Virus record (IMG/VR): IMGVR_UViG_3300027736_000029
Location: 40,267-104,266 of that record
DNA from: a virus
Length of the DNA: 64,000 nt
Direction: 5' to 3' (one strand)
Part shown: positions 38,261 to 49,060 of the stretch, piece after piece
Layout: every line of letters begins with the position of its first letter
Numbering within the stretch: the first letter of the stretch is position 1
Position numbers and translations under genes: made by a program
Notes under the pieces: generated by a model
Databases searched by the model: none
What the model saw: the letters and a program-made list of their open reading frames with translations, nothing else
Told to the model about the DNA's origin: nothing

Positions 38261-39359
38261 CGATTTAGGAAAACAATGGGAAACAATTAGAGAAGTTGTT
38301 TTAGAAAAAATAGATAAACTTGGTTATCAAGGTTCATATATTAACGGACCTGCGGTTTCAGAATTTGAATCTGAATTTGCCCAACATTATAACACAAAAT
38401 ACGCTGTTGGTGTGTCAAATGGTACTGATGGTTTAAAATTGGCTCTTCAAATGTTTGATTTAACCAATACTGATTTAGTTATTATACCATCAAACACATT
38501 TGTTGCCGATTACTTGGCAGTTAAACATTTACCACTCACAGAACCTTTTGTAGCACTTATTGACCATGACGAACATTTCACGATTGATACAAATCATTTA
38601 GAGTTGTTTTTAAAAAATCGTAGAGATAATTTTAATAAAGTGGTTGTAATACCTGTTCACTTATATGGTCACTCATGTGATATGGATACCATTATGAGAT
38701 TATCAAAGGAATATAATTTTCACGTCATTGAGGATTGTTCTCAATCACATGAAACAAAATACAAAAACAATTATTTGGGTTCATATGGTGATTTGGCAGT
38801 TTATTCATTATATCCAGGTAAGAATCTTGGCGCTTGTGGTGACGCTGGTATTATTACAACTAACAATGAAGATTTTTATAATAGATTAAAGTCAATTAGA
38901 AACTATGGTTCAAAAGTAAAATATCATTATGATGAGATTGGTTATAATAATAGATTGGATTCAATGCAAGCAATTGTATTATCTGAGAAATTAAAACACC
39001 TTAAAGAGTGGACTGATATTAAAAATAAAATTACAGAACGTTATCATAATGAAATTAACAACCCAAAAGTTGTTTTACCAAAAGTATCTGAAGATTGTAC
39101 AACACATTCATATCATATTTTTTGCGTTGAGGTTGATGACCGTAAGTCATTTGAAAAACATATGTCTGATAATAGTATTACTACAATTATTCACTATCCA
39201 ATTCCAATTCATCAAACATCAATTTTTGATAGTGAAGATATTGTATTTTCAAGTTCAAAAACAGATGAGACATGTAATAGAATAGTATCAATTCCAATTC
39301 ATCCATTTTTGACAATTGACGAAGTAAATCATATTATTAACACAATTAACAATTATTAA
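38250..39359 (+). CDS. DegT/DnrJ/EryC1/StrS PLP-dependent sugar aminotransferase
   Basis: VSNGTDGL, PVHLYG, IEDCSQSH, SLYPGKNLGACGDAG, GYNNRLD. Confidence 0.95.
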   Translation: MQFNDLGKQWETIREVVLEKIDKLGYQGSYINGPAVSEFESEFAQHYNTKYAVGVSNGTDGLKLALQMFDLTNTDLVIIPSNTFVADYLAVKHLPLTEPFVALIDHDEHFTIDTNHLELFLKNRRDNFNKVVVIPVHLYGHSCDMDTIMRLSKEYNFHVIEDCSQSHETKYKNNYLGSYGDLAVYSLYPGKNLGACGDAGIITTNNEDFYNRLKSIRNYGSKVKYHYDEIGYNNRLDSMQAIVLSEKLKHLKEWTDIKNKITERYHNEINNPKVVLPKVSEDCTTHSYHIFCVEVDDRKSFEKHMSDNSITTIIHYPIPIHQTSIFDSEDIVFSSSKTDETCNRIVSIPIHPFLTIDEVNHIINTINNY

Positions 39360-39361
39360 CC

Positions 39362-40078
39362 ATGAAAATTAAAATAGTTCACCTTTTAATAAATCCTGAA
39401 CATCAAAAAGATGTATCAGATGAGAGATGGCAATCAATCTTAAATAAACAAAAACAATCCATTGATTGTTTTGAAAAATTAAAGTGTAAATTTGATTCTT
39501 ATACTCAACAATATTCCATTATTAATAGAGAAGAATTACCTTGGAATACTTGTTGGGAAAACGCAATTATTAATGAGACTTGTGAAGGTAATGACTCGTA
39601 TTGTTTATCTTATGGTCATTACGGTGCATACATGGCACATAAACGAGCAATAACCCAAGAATTTTCAAATGATTTAGATGCATTAATTATTTTAGAGGGT
39701 GATGTAATAACGGAATTAAACCCTGATGATTTTTTTAATACAATTAAAAAAGGATATGAATTGGGTGTTGAACGTGGTTCAAAAATTTGTTCTTTTTCAG
39801 GAAATATTGTTTGGTTATCAGGAAATGATGATTATTGGGATAAAGTGATTGATTTGGGAGATTTTTACGATGTACCACATTTCTTATTAGGCTCAATGTA
39901 TATGATATATAAATCAGAAAGAAATAATATAATTAATAATCTCCAAACACATTATTGGCATTCTCCAGATGTTTGGTTGGCTTGGGTTTATGCCAATAGA
40001 GGTGGATTATTATCACATAAAGAAATGATTGGTAAACAAGTTTCAGGTTATTCAGCATTGAATAATACAATGAAATAA
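39362..40078 (+). CDS. putative GT25-like glycosyltransferase
   Basis: LSYGHYGAYMAH..A, LIILEGDV, YMI, PDVW pattern. Confidence 0.55.
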   Translation: MKIKIVHLLINPEHQKDVSDERWQSILNKQKQSIDCFEKLKCKFDSYTQQYSIINREELPWNTCWENAIINETCEGNDSYCLSYGHYGAYMAHKRAITQEFSNDLDALIILEGDVITELNPDDFFNTIKKGYELGVERGSKICSFSGNIVWLSGNDDYWDKVIDLGDFYDVPHFLLGSMYMIYKSERNNIINNLQTHYWHSPDVWLAWVYANRGGLLSHKEMIGKQVSGYSALNNTMK

Positions 40079-40093
40079 CTTATAATTCACATT

Positions 40094-41101
40094 ATGCGTA
40101 AATACTGGCACACAACAAACAAATATCTTTGGGATGCAAACATACTTGACGTAGGAGATTCAATCTTTTACGATTTAAGTGACTGCCCATCAATTGGTGA
40201 TACTTTATGTTCAACACCTACCATTAAAAAAGTAAGTGAGGCTTATAATTGTAAAGTTAATATAATTTCACAACACCCTGAAATTTTTAAAAATAATCCA
40301 TATATAGATAAAAATTACCCATCGGGTGGTATGAATATGGACTATATTAGAGAAAATTTCATAGTACACAATTCGTTTTACGATATTGGTAAACAAAATG
40401 ATAAAGGAATCCAACATAAACACGCACATACCGATATTCGTCAGTATCATGCAATGTTGTTAGGATTTCAATTGTTTCCTGAAGAAATGGAATGTATCTA
40501 TAACCCAGATGAATTTACACCAATTGAAGGATTACCTGAAAAATATGTTTTGATACACCCAGTTCAGAACTGGCCAAGTAGGACTTGGGACTCATATCAA
40601 TGGGTTAAATTAACTGAAGAATTAAATAAATCGGGTATTTCTGTTGTTTCAATAGGTAAAGATTCAAGTGAGGTTGGTTTTTGGAATATTGATAAACCAG
40701 TATTTAATTTTCATATAGAAAATGGTTTAAATTTAATGAATGAAACCAATTTATCACAAGCTTGGCATTTAATTCAAAATTCAATTGCGTTTGTTACAAT
40801 GGATTCGGGTCTTTTACACTTAGCAGGTACAACCGATGCTCATATTATACAATTAGGTTCATCAATTAATCCTCGTTGGAGGGCACCATATAGACACAAT
40901 TCTCAAGAATACAAATACCACTATGTTGGTGGTGGATGTTCAATATTTTGCGCTTCAGATATGAAGTACGGTGTTGAAGAGTGGGGAAGTGTTCAAGGAG
41001 TACCACCTTTAATTAATTGTTTGGAGAAAAAACCTACATTTGAATGTCACCCACAATACGATTCAGTATTTAATAAAATTATGGAAATATATGAAGAATA
41101 A
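40094..41101 (+). CDS. GT9-family glycosyltransferase with Cys-rich C-terminus
   Basis: IGDTLCSTPTIK, YVLIHP..SRTW, VTMDSGLLHLAG, C..FC..C..ECH. Confidence 0.85.
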   Translation: MRKYWHTTNKYLWDANILDVGDSIFYDLSDCPSIGDTLCSTPTIKKVSEAYNCKVNIISQHPEIFKNNPYIDKNYPSGGMNMDYIRENFIVHNSFYDIGKQNDKGIQHKHAHTDIRQYHAMLLGFQLFPEEMECIYNPDEFTPIEGLPEKYVLIHPVQNWPSRTWDSYQWVKLTEELNKSGISVVSIGKDSSEVGFWNIDKPVFNFHIENGLNLMNETNLSQAWHLIQNSIAFVTMDSGLLHLAGTTDAHIIQLGSSINPRWRAPYRHNSQEYKYHYVGGGCSIFCASDMKYGVEEWGSVQGVPPLINCLEKKPTFECHPQYDSVFNKIMEIYEE

Positions 41102-42287
41102 TATTGAATTAAAAATTAACTACCTTGATGGTTGTATGGTTGAAATTGTTGGTGAAAAAGGTGTTCAGTATAATGAATCAGAAACATATGAAGTATTGTT
41201 TATTAATAATCAAACAGGTAAACTATTACATCACGCAAATTTGAAACCTAATTATTGGACCAAACCAAGTATTCAGTATTTTGTTGAGTGGAAAATTGTA
41301 GTATTAAAAAACAATGTAGGTGTTATTCATGAAGAAATTATTAACCTACGAGACAAAGAAGTCTTAATTACTATTCAAAACACCCCTCTTGGTGATAACA
41401 TTGCTTGGGTGGCATATGCAAATGAATTTGCAAAAAAACATAATTGTAAAGTGACATTACAATTTAGTTTGAAGGATTTATTTGAGGACACATATCCTAA
41501 CATTAATATGGTTGATTTTGGAAATTATCAAATGGATGATGAAAAATTTTATGCCAGTTACAGAATGGTATATGGTAAAACACCTGAGGAACAATCTATA
41601 TTACTTAATGAATTATATAAAAAAAAGAAAAAGTATTTAGAAGGTTTAACGTTATGGAATACCGATTCATCCCCAAAACATCCTAATTTAGTACCACTAC
41701 AAGAATTTGGAGCAACACAAATTGGTTTAGAATACAAAGAAATAAAACCTTTAATTCAAAATATTTCAGACGAAAGACCAATTAAAAACAAATACATTTG
41801 TATTTCTGAATTTGCGTCAGGTCCAATAAAAGAATGGAATAATCCTGTTGGCTGGGAAAAATTGATTCAAATGTTAAAGTCATATGGATATGAGATTGTT
41901 TCCATATCAAAAGAAAAATCAAACCTAAAAGGTATCACTAAATTAAATGGTGACTTACCTTTATCTAACAGAGCATGGTACTTAAAACACTGTGATTTTT
42001 TTATTGGTATGAGTTCTGGTTTAGCTTGGTTAGCATGGGCTTGTAACACCAAAGTTGTTATGATATCAGGAGTAACAATTAAAGAAAACGAATTTAGTCA
42101 AGATTGTGTTAGAATTTATAATGATAATGTTTGTCATGGTTGTTGGAATTCACCAAAACATTGTGATAAATTTGTAACATTTTTAAAAGATTTTTGTCCT
42201 GAAAATAAAAGATTTGAATGTACTAGAACCATATCACCTACTATGGTTATGAATAAAATACTTGAAAATAATTTAATAAAAAACTAA
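41091..42287 (+). CDS. Aah/TibC-family (BAHT) protein O-glycosyltransferase
   Basis: N-terminal beta domain; LGDNIAW; YICI; KEWNNPVGW; FFIGMSSGLAWLAWA; iron finger CHGCWN..CP..FECTR; start at ATG 41091. Confidence 0.88.
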   Translation: MKNNIELKINYLDGCMVEIVGEKGVQYNESETYEVLFINNQTGKLLHHANLKPNYWTKPSIQYFVEWKIVVLKNNVGVIHEEIINLRDKEVLITIQNTPLGDNIAWVAYANEFAKKHNCKVTLQFSLKDLFEDTYPNINMVDFGNYQMDDEKFYASYRMVYGKTPEEQSILLNELYKKKKKYLEGLTLWNTDSSPKHPNLVPLQEFGATQIGLEYKEIKPLIQNISDERPIKNKYICISEFASGPIKEWNNPVGWEKLIQMLKSYGYEIVSISKEKSNLKGITKLNGDLPLSNRAWYLKHCDFFIGMSSGLAWLAWACNTKVVMISGVTIKENEFSQDCVRIYNDNVCHGCWNSPKHCDKFVTFLKDFCPENKRFECTRTISPTMVMNKILENNLIKN

Positions 42288-42288
42288 A

Positions 42289-42936
42289 ATGAAAGATTTC
42301 TCTAATATACCCATTAACATAAATTTTATTGGTGGAGCATTTGTTGATATTCAAGATTTATCCTCTGAAAAATATTTAATTGAATATTATGAAAACACAG
42401 GACATGGATGGTCATTGGTCTCGTATAATGTAATACACTGTTATACTTGGTTCAAATACGTTGCAAAACAATTTAGAGTTAATTGGAAGATTAAAATATA
42501 TGGTTGGTACGATAATAAAGTGGTTCAAGTAAGTGAACACACTTACAATGAAACCGATGAAAATGTTTTATTGCGACTTAAAACAGATTCTTATGAAGAA
42601 TGTTTAGAGTGGTTTAATTTATCTGTTCAATTTAAGAAAAATACTGGTTGTAATTTACACATATATTCAAAATTTAATGACAGATTAAAATTACATAACA
42701 AATTACCTGAGATTATTTTTGAAGATATTGAACCTGCGGTATCTAACTTTCCAACAAAATATTATGCAGATTACGCAATTGATAGACACCATTTATTACA
42801 TTTATCTTATGGTGAATGGGGTTCAGGTTGGGTCTTGTATCAAAACCACACGGAACCAAATGTGTCGTATAATCACAGAAATGATTGGTTAAAAATGACA
42901 TCTAAACAATTATTTAACGACATTATGAATTTATGA
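42289..42936 (+). CDS. truncated Aah/TibC-like paralog (N-terminal domain)
   Basis: INFIGGAFVDI..QFRVNWKIKI..VLLRL matches the N-domains of both BAHT genes; lacks LGD and the C-lobe. Confidence 0.6.
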   Translation: MKDFSNIPININFIGGAFVDIQDLSSEKYLIEYYENTGHGWSLVSYNVIHCYTWFKYVAKQFRVNWKIKIYGWYDNKVVQVSEHTYNETDENVLLRLKTDSYEECLEWFNLSVQFKKNTGCNLHIYSKFNDRLKLHNKLPEIIFEDIEPAVSNFPTKYYADYAIDRHHLLHLSYGEWGSGWVLYQNHTEPNVSYNHRNDWLKMTSKQLFNDIMNL

Positions 42937-44519
42937 GTAAAATTATAGGAATACACTATGGAGGACACGATTCCTCAGTAGCATACATAGAAGATGGTAA
43001 AATCATTTGTGCCATGGAAGAAGAAAAATTAACTGGTAGTAAAGCTCTCAATCATTTTTGGCAAAGACCAAACATGGGTTTAGATTTTTTAAGAGACAAT
43101 TTTAATGTAACAATTAACAATGTTGACCATGTTGTTTTTGCTCTCCCCCGACATATGGGTATCGAACATGACTTTATGGGTGTTGAACATAAATTTGATA
43201 GTTTTTCACATCAAAAATGTCACGCATTAGGTGCATATTTCACATCAGGTTTCAAAGGAAAAGTAATTGCAATGAGTCATGATGGTCAAGGACACAGAAG
43301 TAGAGGTAAAATCTACTTGTGTGACTCAGGTAGTTGTGAACAAGTACATACACTTCCAACATCATTAACAATGTCTATTGCTGGTGTTTGGGGTAAAGTA
43401 ACCCAACTATTAGGTTGGAAGATGTTTAAGGATGAAGGTAAAATTGTTGGTATGGTTTCTCATGGTCAATTTGACCAAGAAATATATGATTATTTATCAC
43501 AATGTTTAAAATATGAAGGTAATTTAATGATTGGACCAAAAAATGGTCACCCAATGTTTGATTTTATTTTTGAACATAACTTAAATAAAAATGGTTATTT
43601 TGATTCAGTTGAAAAACGTAATAATTTAGCTTTTACTTTAGAAGTATTATCGGAACAAATAATGTATCAATTTTTGAAGGACTTGAAAGACAAGTACCCT
43701 GATTATAATAAAATAACATTTGCTGGTGGTATTTTTGCAAATGTTAAATTAAACCAATTTATAAATAACACATCATTATTTGATGAAATCTTTATTCACC
43801 CATCAATGGGTGATGGTGGTTTGGCGTTGGGTGCCGCAATATGTAAATCTAATGAGTTAGGTGAATTACCAACACCAGTAAAATTAGACAATGTATTTTT
43901 TGGCTCAAAGTTTAGTAAAGAATATTGGGATAATGAACTTTTATCACATGAAAACACTTTAACAACAGAACCTGTTTCTTTTGAAAAAATTGCTTCATTA
44001 ATAAATGATGGTAAAATACTTGGAGTCTTTGTTGGTAAAACAGAGTATGGTCCAAGAGCTTTAGGTAATCGTAGTATTATTTGTAGACCAACAGATAAAG
44101 ACACTCACACATTATTGAATACAAGACTTAAAAGAACTGAAATTATGCCATTTGCACCAAGTGTGTTGGAAGAACATTTTTTTGACGTGTTTTCAAATGA
44201 CAAATCAAAGTATGCTGCAGAATTTATGACATTATGTTATAACACTAAAGATTCTTGGATTGAGATGATTCCAGCGGTTATACATCAAAAAGATGGGACA
44301 GCAAGACCTCAAAGTGTAAATAAAATAACAAACCCACACTTTCATAATATAATTTCCGAGTATTATAAATTATCAGGAATACCATTAGTCTTAAACACAT
44401 CTTTTAATTCACATGGTGAACCAATTAACAATTATCCACACCAAGTATTAAAACATCTTTTGGACAATTCTATTGACTACATTATCACTGAAGATTATAT
44501 TATTAGTAAAATAATATGA
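42933..44519 (+). CDS. O-carbamoyltransferase (NodU/CmcH/TobZ family)
   Basis: GHDSS, EEEKL, EGKIVG, AGGIFANVKLN, GDGGLALGAA, EYGPRALGNRSI, PFAPS, DGTARPQ, LNTSFN.HGEP. Confidence 0.95.
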   Translation: MSKIIGIHYGGHDSSVAYIEDGKIICAMEEEKLTGSKALNHFWQRPNMGLDFLRDNFNVTINNVDHVVFALPRHMGIEHDFMGVEHKFDSFSHQKCHALGAYFTSGFKGKVIAMSHDGQGHRSRGKIYLCDSGSCEQVHTLPTSLTMSIAGVWGKVTQLLGWKMFKDEGKIVGMVSHGQFDQEIYDYLSQCLKYEGNLMIGPKNGHPMFDFIFEHNLNKNGYFDSVEKRNNLAFTLEVLSEQIMYQFLKDLKDKYPDYNKITFAGGIFANVKLNQFINNTSLFDEIFIHPSMGDGGLALGAAICKSNELGELPTPVKLDNVFFGSKFSKEYWDNELLSHENTLTTEPVSFEKIASLINDGKILGVFVGKTEYGPRALGNRSIICRPTDKDTHTLLNTRLKRTEIMPFAPSVLEEHFFDVFSNDKSKYAAEFMTLCYNTKDSWIEMIPAVIHQKDGTARPQSVNKITNPHFHNIISEYYKLSGIPLVLNTSFNSHGEPINNYPHQVLKHLLDNSIDYIITEDYIISKII

Positions 44520-45097
44520 GCGTATTTAATATATTTGCGTACGAAGATGAACCATTTGCAGGTGATGTAATTACTGAGTATGAGTTCATTAAACTAAAAC
44601 ATAAATTTGATGTTAAAAATGTTGTTGAGACAGGTAGTTATGTTTTTAGTACAACAAAATGGTTTGGTGAAAATTTTCAAACAGTATATACCTATGAAAC
44701 TAATGAACATTTTTATAATGTCGGTATTGAAAAGACTAAAGATTTTAATAATGTAAATTCATTTTTAGAAAACAGTTTAATTGGTCTACCAAATTTACAA
44801 GGTAAATTATCAGACCCAACAATTTTCTTCTTAGATGCGCATTGGGGTGATTATTGTCCTTTATTAGATGAATTAGATATTATTTCAACATTAAACACAA
44901 CACCAATTATTGTAATTCATGATTTCAAAACAAATAATCCTGAATTAGGATATGATTCATATAATGGAAATGATTTTTGTTTTGATTGGATTGAAAATCA
45001 TATAAAAAAAATATACCCAAATGGTTTTGATTATTACTACAACACTGAGGCCGTTGGAGCTAAAAGAGGTTTAATTTATATCACACCAAAAATATAA
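44516..45097 (+). CDS. class I SAM-dependent methyltransferase-like protein
   Basis: VVETGSY, YTYE, FFLDAH, IVIHD. Confidence 0.7.
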   Translation: MSVFNIFAYEDEPFAGDVITEYEFIKLKHKFDVKNVVETGSYVFSTTKWFGENFQTVYTYETNEHFYNVGIEKTKDFNNVNSFLENSLIGLPNLQGKLSDPTIFFLDAHWGDYCPLLDELDIISTLNTTPIIVIHDFKTNNPELGYDSYNGNDFCFDWIENHIKKIYPNGFDYYYNTEAVGAKRGLIYITPKI

Positions 45098-45100
45098 TAC

Positions 45101-47044
45101 ATGAAAAAACTTTTAATTATTGCACCGCATTTGTCAACAGGAGGATGTCCTCAGGTTATTGTCAATAAAATTGAACTATTAAAAGACACATATCAAATAA
45201 AGTGTGTTGAATATTCAAACATTGCAGAAGTATTTAGAATTCAAAAAGATAGAATTATAAATTTAATTGGTCTTGATAATTTAGTTATTTTATCACAAAA
45301 TAAAGAAGAAGTCTTGATGAATTTAATTGATGAGTTTCAACCAGATTTTATTTCTTTAGAAGAAGTACCTGAGTATTTTTTAGATGAAAAAATAACAAAA
45401 AGAATTTATTCAAATGATAGAAAATATATCATTACTGAAACCACTCATGATTCTAGTTTTCCTGTTGAACGTAAAAGATGGTTTCCTGACAAATTTATTT
45501 TTGTAAGTGCATTTAGTGCTTTCAAATACTCAGGTTTTGATATCCCATATGAAATTGTTGAATATCCAGTTGATTTTAAATTACCAAGAAAAACTGAAAT
45601 GCAAACCAAACTTAATTTTGACCCATCATATAAACATGTGGTTAATGTAGGTTTATTTACACAAAGAAAAAACCAAGCTTATATCTTTGAATTGGCAAAA
45701 AGATTATTGGACTACAAAATTGTTTTTCACTTTTTGGGTAATTTGGCCGGAAACTTTCAAAGTTATTGGGAACCATTAATACAAAACAAACCTAATAACT
45801 GTATGGTTTGGGGTGAAAGAAATGATGTTTACGATTTTTTAGAAGCGTCTGATTTATTTCTTTTTACATCAAAAGGTGATAAAAACAATAAAGAATTAAA
45901 CCCAATAGCAATTAAAGAAGCATTAGAATATCAAATACCAATGATGATGCACAATTTAGATGTATATTGTGGTAAATACGATGAATATAAAAATATCACT
46001 TATTTAACTGGTGATATTGAAACCGACATAACTAACTTAAAAAAAATATTAAATATGAACACAATACAAGAAAAATTCTCCCTGTCTTTTGACGAAAATG
46101 AAAATAAAATTTATGTTAATTACAATGATAATGAACCTGTAAATTATAAAGTATCAATTAAAGATATGACATCTAAATGTCCTATGTATTGGTTTAACTT
46201 TCAAGCAACCAATTCGGTAACATGGTATGTAGTACCAATACCAACACATGTTGTTAAATTTAAACGATTATCGTCATTTAGAGGATTTGATGTTGATTTT
46301 TATAATGAAGATAACCAATTAGTTTTTTCTAAAGAATATGTTGTTAACGATATTGAACTACGTTATCCAATTTTTAATTATGATGGTTTTGATTGTAGTT
46401 GGAGAAACTATAATGAATTTTTTGTTGATGATATTTATCGTAATTTTAATATAAATAATTTAGACACTGTAATTGACATTGGAGCTAATATTGGGTTATT
46501 CGCTAAATACATGTATTCTAAAGATGCTCGCAAAGTTGTTTTGGTTGAGGCTAACCCAAACTTAGAAAATAATATTAAAAATATGTTAGATAATGATTAT
46601 AGTCGTTCATCTGTATATCTTTCACCAATTTTTTCAGAGAAAAAAACCGTAACATTTAATTATTCGGATAATAATTCAGCAATTGGTTCAATTGCTTTTG
46701 ATTCAACAAAAGGTGTTGATTATGAATCTTTAACTAATTCAATAGAACTTGAAACAATAACTTTAGACGAAATTATTGAAAAAGAAGGTATTGAACGAAT
46801 TTCATTGTTAAAATGTGATATTGAAGGTGGTGAGTATGATTTAATTCCTTCTCTTACAGACAAACAAATGTCAATGATTGATAAATTTATGATTGAAATA
46901 CATTCAAATACTGATAACCAAATACAACCTATATTAGATAAGTTAGAATCTCATGGTTTTAATTATAAAATTTATTCACCAACGTTAAATTCAATGGAGT
47001 TAGGTGATAAAACAACAGAGTATGGGATGTTAGTTACGTATTAA
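45101..47044 (+). CDS. GT4 glycosyltransferase fused to an FkbM-family methyltransferase
   Basis: PHLSTGG, VGLFTQRKNQ, ELNPIAIKEAL; C-terminal IDIGANIG, VEAN, LKCDIEGGEY, IEIH. Confidence 0.88.
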   Translation: MKKLLIIAPHLSTGGCPQVIVNKIELLKDTYQIKCVEYSNIAEVFRIQKDRIINLIGLDNLVILSQNKEEVLMNLIDEFQPDFISLEEVPEYFLDEKITKRIYSNDRKYIITETTHDSSFPVERKRWFPDKFIFVSAFSAFKYSGFDIPYEIVEYPVDFKLPRKTEMQTKLNFDPSYKHVVNVGLFTQRKNQAYIFELAKRLLDYKIVFHFLGNLAGNFQSYWEPLIQNKPNNCMVWGERNDVYDFLEASDLFLFTSKGDKNNKELNPIAIKEALEYQIPMMMHNLDVYCGKYDEYKNITYLTGDIETDITNLKKILNMNTIQEKFSLSFDENENKIYVNYNDNEPVNYKVSIKDMTSKCPMYWFNFQATNSVTWYVVPIPTHVVKFKRLSSFRGFDVDFYNEDNQLVFSKEYVVNDIELRYPIFNYDGFDCSWRNYNEFFVDDIYRNFNINNLDTVIDIGANIGLFAKYMYSKDARKVVLVEANPNLENNIKNMLDNDYSRSSVYLSPIFSEKKTVTFNYSDNNSAIGSIAFDSTKGVDYESLTNSIELETITLDEIIEKEGIERISLLKCDIEGGEYDLIPSLTDKQMSMIDKFMIEIHSNTDNQIQPILDKLESHGFNYKIYSPTLNSMELGDKTTEYGMLVTY

Positions 47045-47062
47045 AATGAAAAATATAATTGT

Positions 47063-48094
47063 ATGTCAATTGATAGTGAAAAAACTTGCGTATTAATTGG
47101 TGCTCATCCTCAGAATTCAAATGATAGTGCTTTACTATCATTAACAATTGAAGGTATTAAAAGACAAGGTTATAAAATATGTTTAGTATCTCATTCACCC
47201 GTTAATGTCGATATACAAAAATCCGTTAATTATTATGTTTATTCAGATGAAAATGAAATTTTAACATTACCATCGTACTCAGATTCTGTAATTTTCTCAA
47301 GTTATCCTAATTATTATTACCAATCTAATTTAGGTAATAGATTAGGTACCACACATTACGCTTCGTTAATTAACTTAAAAAACGGATTAAATTTACTTAA
47401 AGAAAAAGGTTTTACACATTTCATATACCACAATTACGATTATTTTATAAATCAAAAAGACCATACAGTATTAGAAACACACTTAAAAGATTTAACAAAC
47501 TTAGACTATTGGTTTATGAATGATGCTCATGACCGTAATGGTTTATTTCCAGTTTTATCAATTTTTGCTGGCAAAATATCTTATTTTATTGAGTTATTTA
47601 GTGTTGCCAATTCTCCTGAAAATTATTTAAAATATTGTGGTAATAATTATATTTTAGAATTTTTTGTAAGACAACGAATAAAAGACTGCGGTGGTTTTGG
47701 TATCATTGAAAAATTTAGAGCTTCAGATATTTTTACAAGTAAGTGGGCCGGTATTGCAGACACTAAAGGATTACACCTACCAGATTATGATGTTGTAAAC
47801 GCATATGTTGATTTAGTGAGAGATTATGATAATGAAAACCACATTTACGGTATTTTACCAATGTGTAATTCATCACATAATGTTGTTATTAATTTATATA
47901 AAAATGATGTGAAAATATTGTCAAACACCTTAAAATTAGGTAGTATGTATTGGTGGTGGTATAAAACAACCGATAATGACAAATGGAAAATTGAATGTTA
48001 TTTATCTGAAAGAATAATTAGTTCAGTTGAAAAACTTGGTAGTGAAATATTATCAAATAAACCATCATTTTTAAAATTTAAGAAAAGTGAATAA
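47063..48094 (+). CDS. uncharacterised GT-A-like protein (paralog 1 of 4)
   Basis: ICLVSHSP..IQKSVNYYVYSDEN; GFTHF..NYD. Confidence 0.55.
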   Translation: MSIDSEKTCVLIGAHPQNSNDSALLSLTIEGIKRQGYKICLVSHSPVNVDIQKSVNYYVYSDENEILTLPSYSDSVIFSSYPNYYYQSNLGNRLGTTHYASLINLKNGLNLLKEKGFTHFIYHNYDYFINQKDHTVLETHLKDLTNLDYWFMNDAHDRNGLFPVLSIFAGKISYFIELFSVANSPENYLKYCGNNYILEFFVRQRIKDCGGFGIIEKFRASDIFTSKWAGIADTKGLHLPDYDVVNAYVDLVRDYDNENHIYGILPMCNSSHNVVINLYKNDVKILSNTLKLGSMYWWWYKTTDNDKWKIECYLSERIISSVEKLGSEILSNKPSFLKFKKSE

Positions 48095-49031
48095 CAGGGT
48101 AGTATTAATAAACTCATTCTGTGATAAACAGAATAAAATTGATGTTTTAGAAAAAAACATAAAACTAATTAAATCTAATAATTTAGATGTTATATTATTA
48201 TCACCCATAAATTTACCTGAGTATATTATTGATTTATGTAATGTTTTTATTCAGACAAAAGAAAATCCTGTTACAAAATGGCCAGGAAAAACAATGTTTG
48301 AATATTGGGCTTATTGTATGGATAATAAATTTTACGAACTTCATTTAGGTAAATCAGATTATGGATGGGCGTCATTATACCAAATTAAAAAATTAAGTCA
48401 AATTGGGTTAACATATGATTATGAATATTATTTTCACATAATTTATGATACAGTAATTGACGAACATTTAATTGACACATTCTTAACTAACGAAAAATGT
48501 ATATTATTCCCAAGTAATAAAGGTTTTGAAGTTGGTGGTTTTTTTATGGGTTTTAATAAAAATGTATTAAGTTTATTTCAAGAAATAATAACTAAGGATT
48601 TATATTATAAAAACTATGATGTTGCCGAAACTTTACTATCTAACATATCAAAAGTCTTACCTTGTAAAATTGAAAAGTATGATACTAAGGATGAAATATA
48701 TTTTTTTGAAAACTTAGATTTATTTAATTATTCTATTTATGTTGATTTTAAGTTTTTCTTACATAAAAGAACATTGGCCGATGATGATACTGCTAAAATA
48801 TTTTTTTACGATTTAAATGGTTCTTATGATGTAACTGTTGAGGTAAATAACATTACTATTGATACGGTTATTAGTAATCATTATTTAATGGACCTAAATC
48901 TTCATCATGATGATGTATTTAGTTTATCAATAACATATAATGGTAATACACACAACTTAATCCATCTGTATAATAACATATCTCATAATAAAATTATAAT
49001 AACTGATGTTGATGATTGTAATAATCTTTAA
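48087..49031 (+). CDS. uncharacterised GT-A-like protein (paralog 2 of 4)
   Basis: VILLSP..LP..IIDLCN; YGWASL; YEYYFHIIYD. Confidence 0.5.
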   Translation: MNNRVVLINSFCDKQNKIDVLEKNIKLIKSNNLDVILLSPINLPEYIIDLCNVFIQTKENPVTKWPGKTMFEYWAYCMDNKFYELHLGKSDYGWASLYQIKKLSQIGLTYDYEYYFHIIYDTVIDEHLIDTFLTNEKCILFPSNKGFEVGGFFMGFNKNVLSLFQEIITKDLYYKNYDVAETLLSNISKVLPCKIEKYDTKDEIYFFENLDLFNYSIYVDFKFFLHKRTLADDDTAKIFFYDLNGSYDVTVEVNNITIDTVISNHYLMDLNLHHDDVFSLSITYNGNTHNLIHLYNNISHNKIIITDVDDCNNL

Positions 49032-49060
49032 TTTAATCAATTGTTTGTTATTATTTATTT

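Noticed and set aside
136-41090. Longest-ORF starts at 136, 6283, 7175, 20232, 22653, 33885 and 41040
   Set aside because: They run through terminators, promoters or upstream genes; downstream ATGs (163, 6244, 7130, 20205, 22614, 33876, 41091) fit better.
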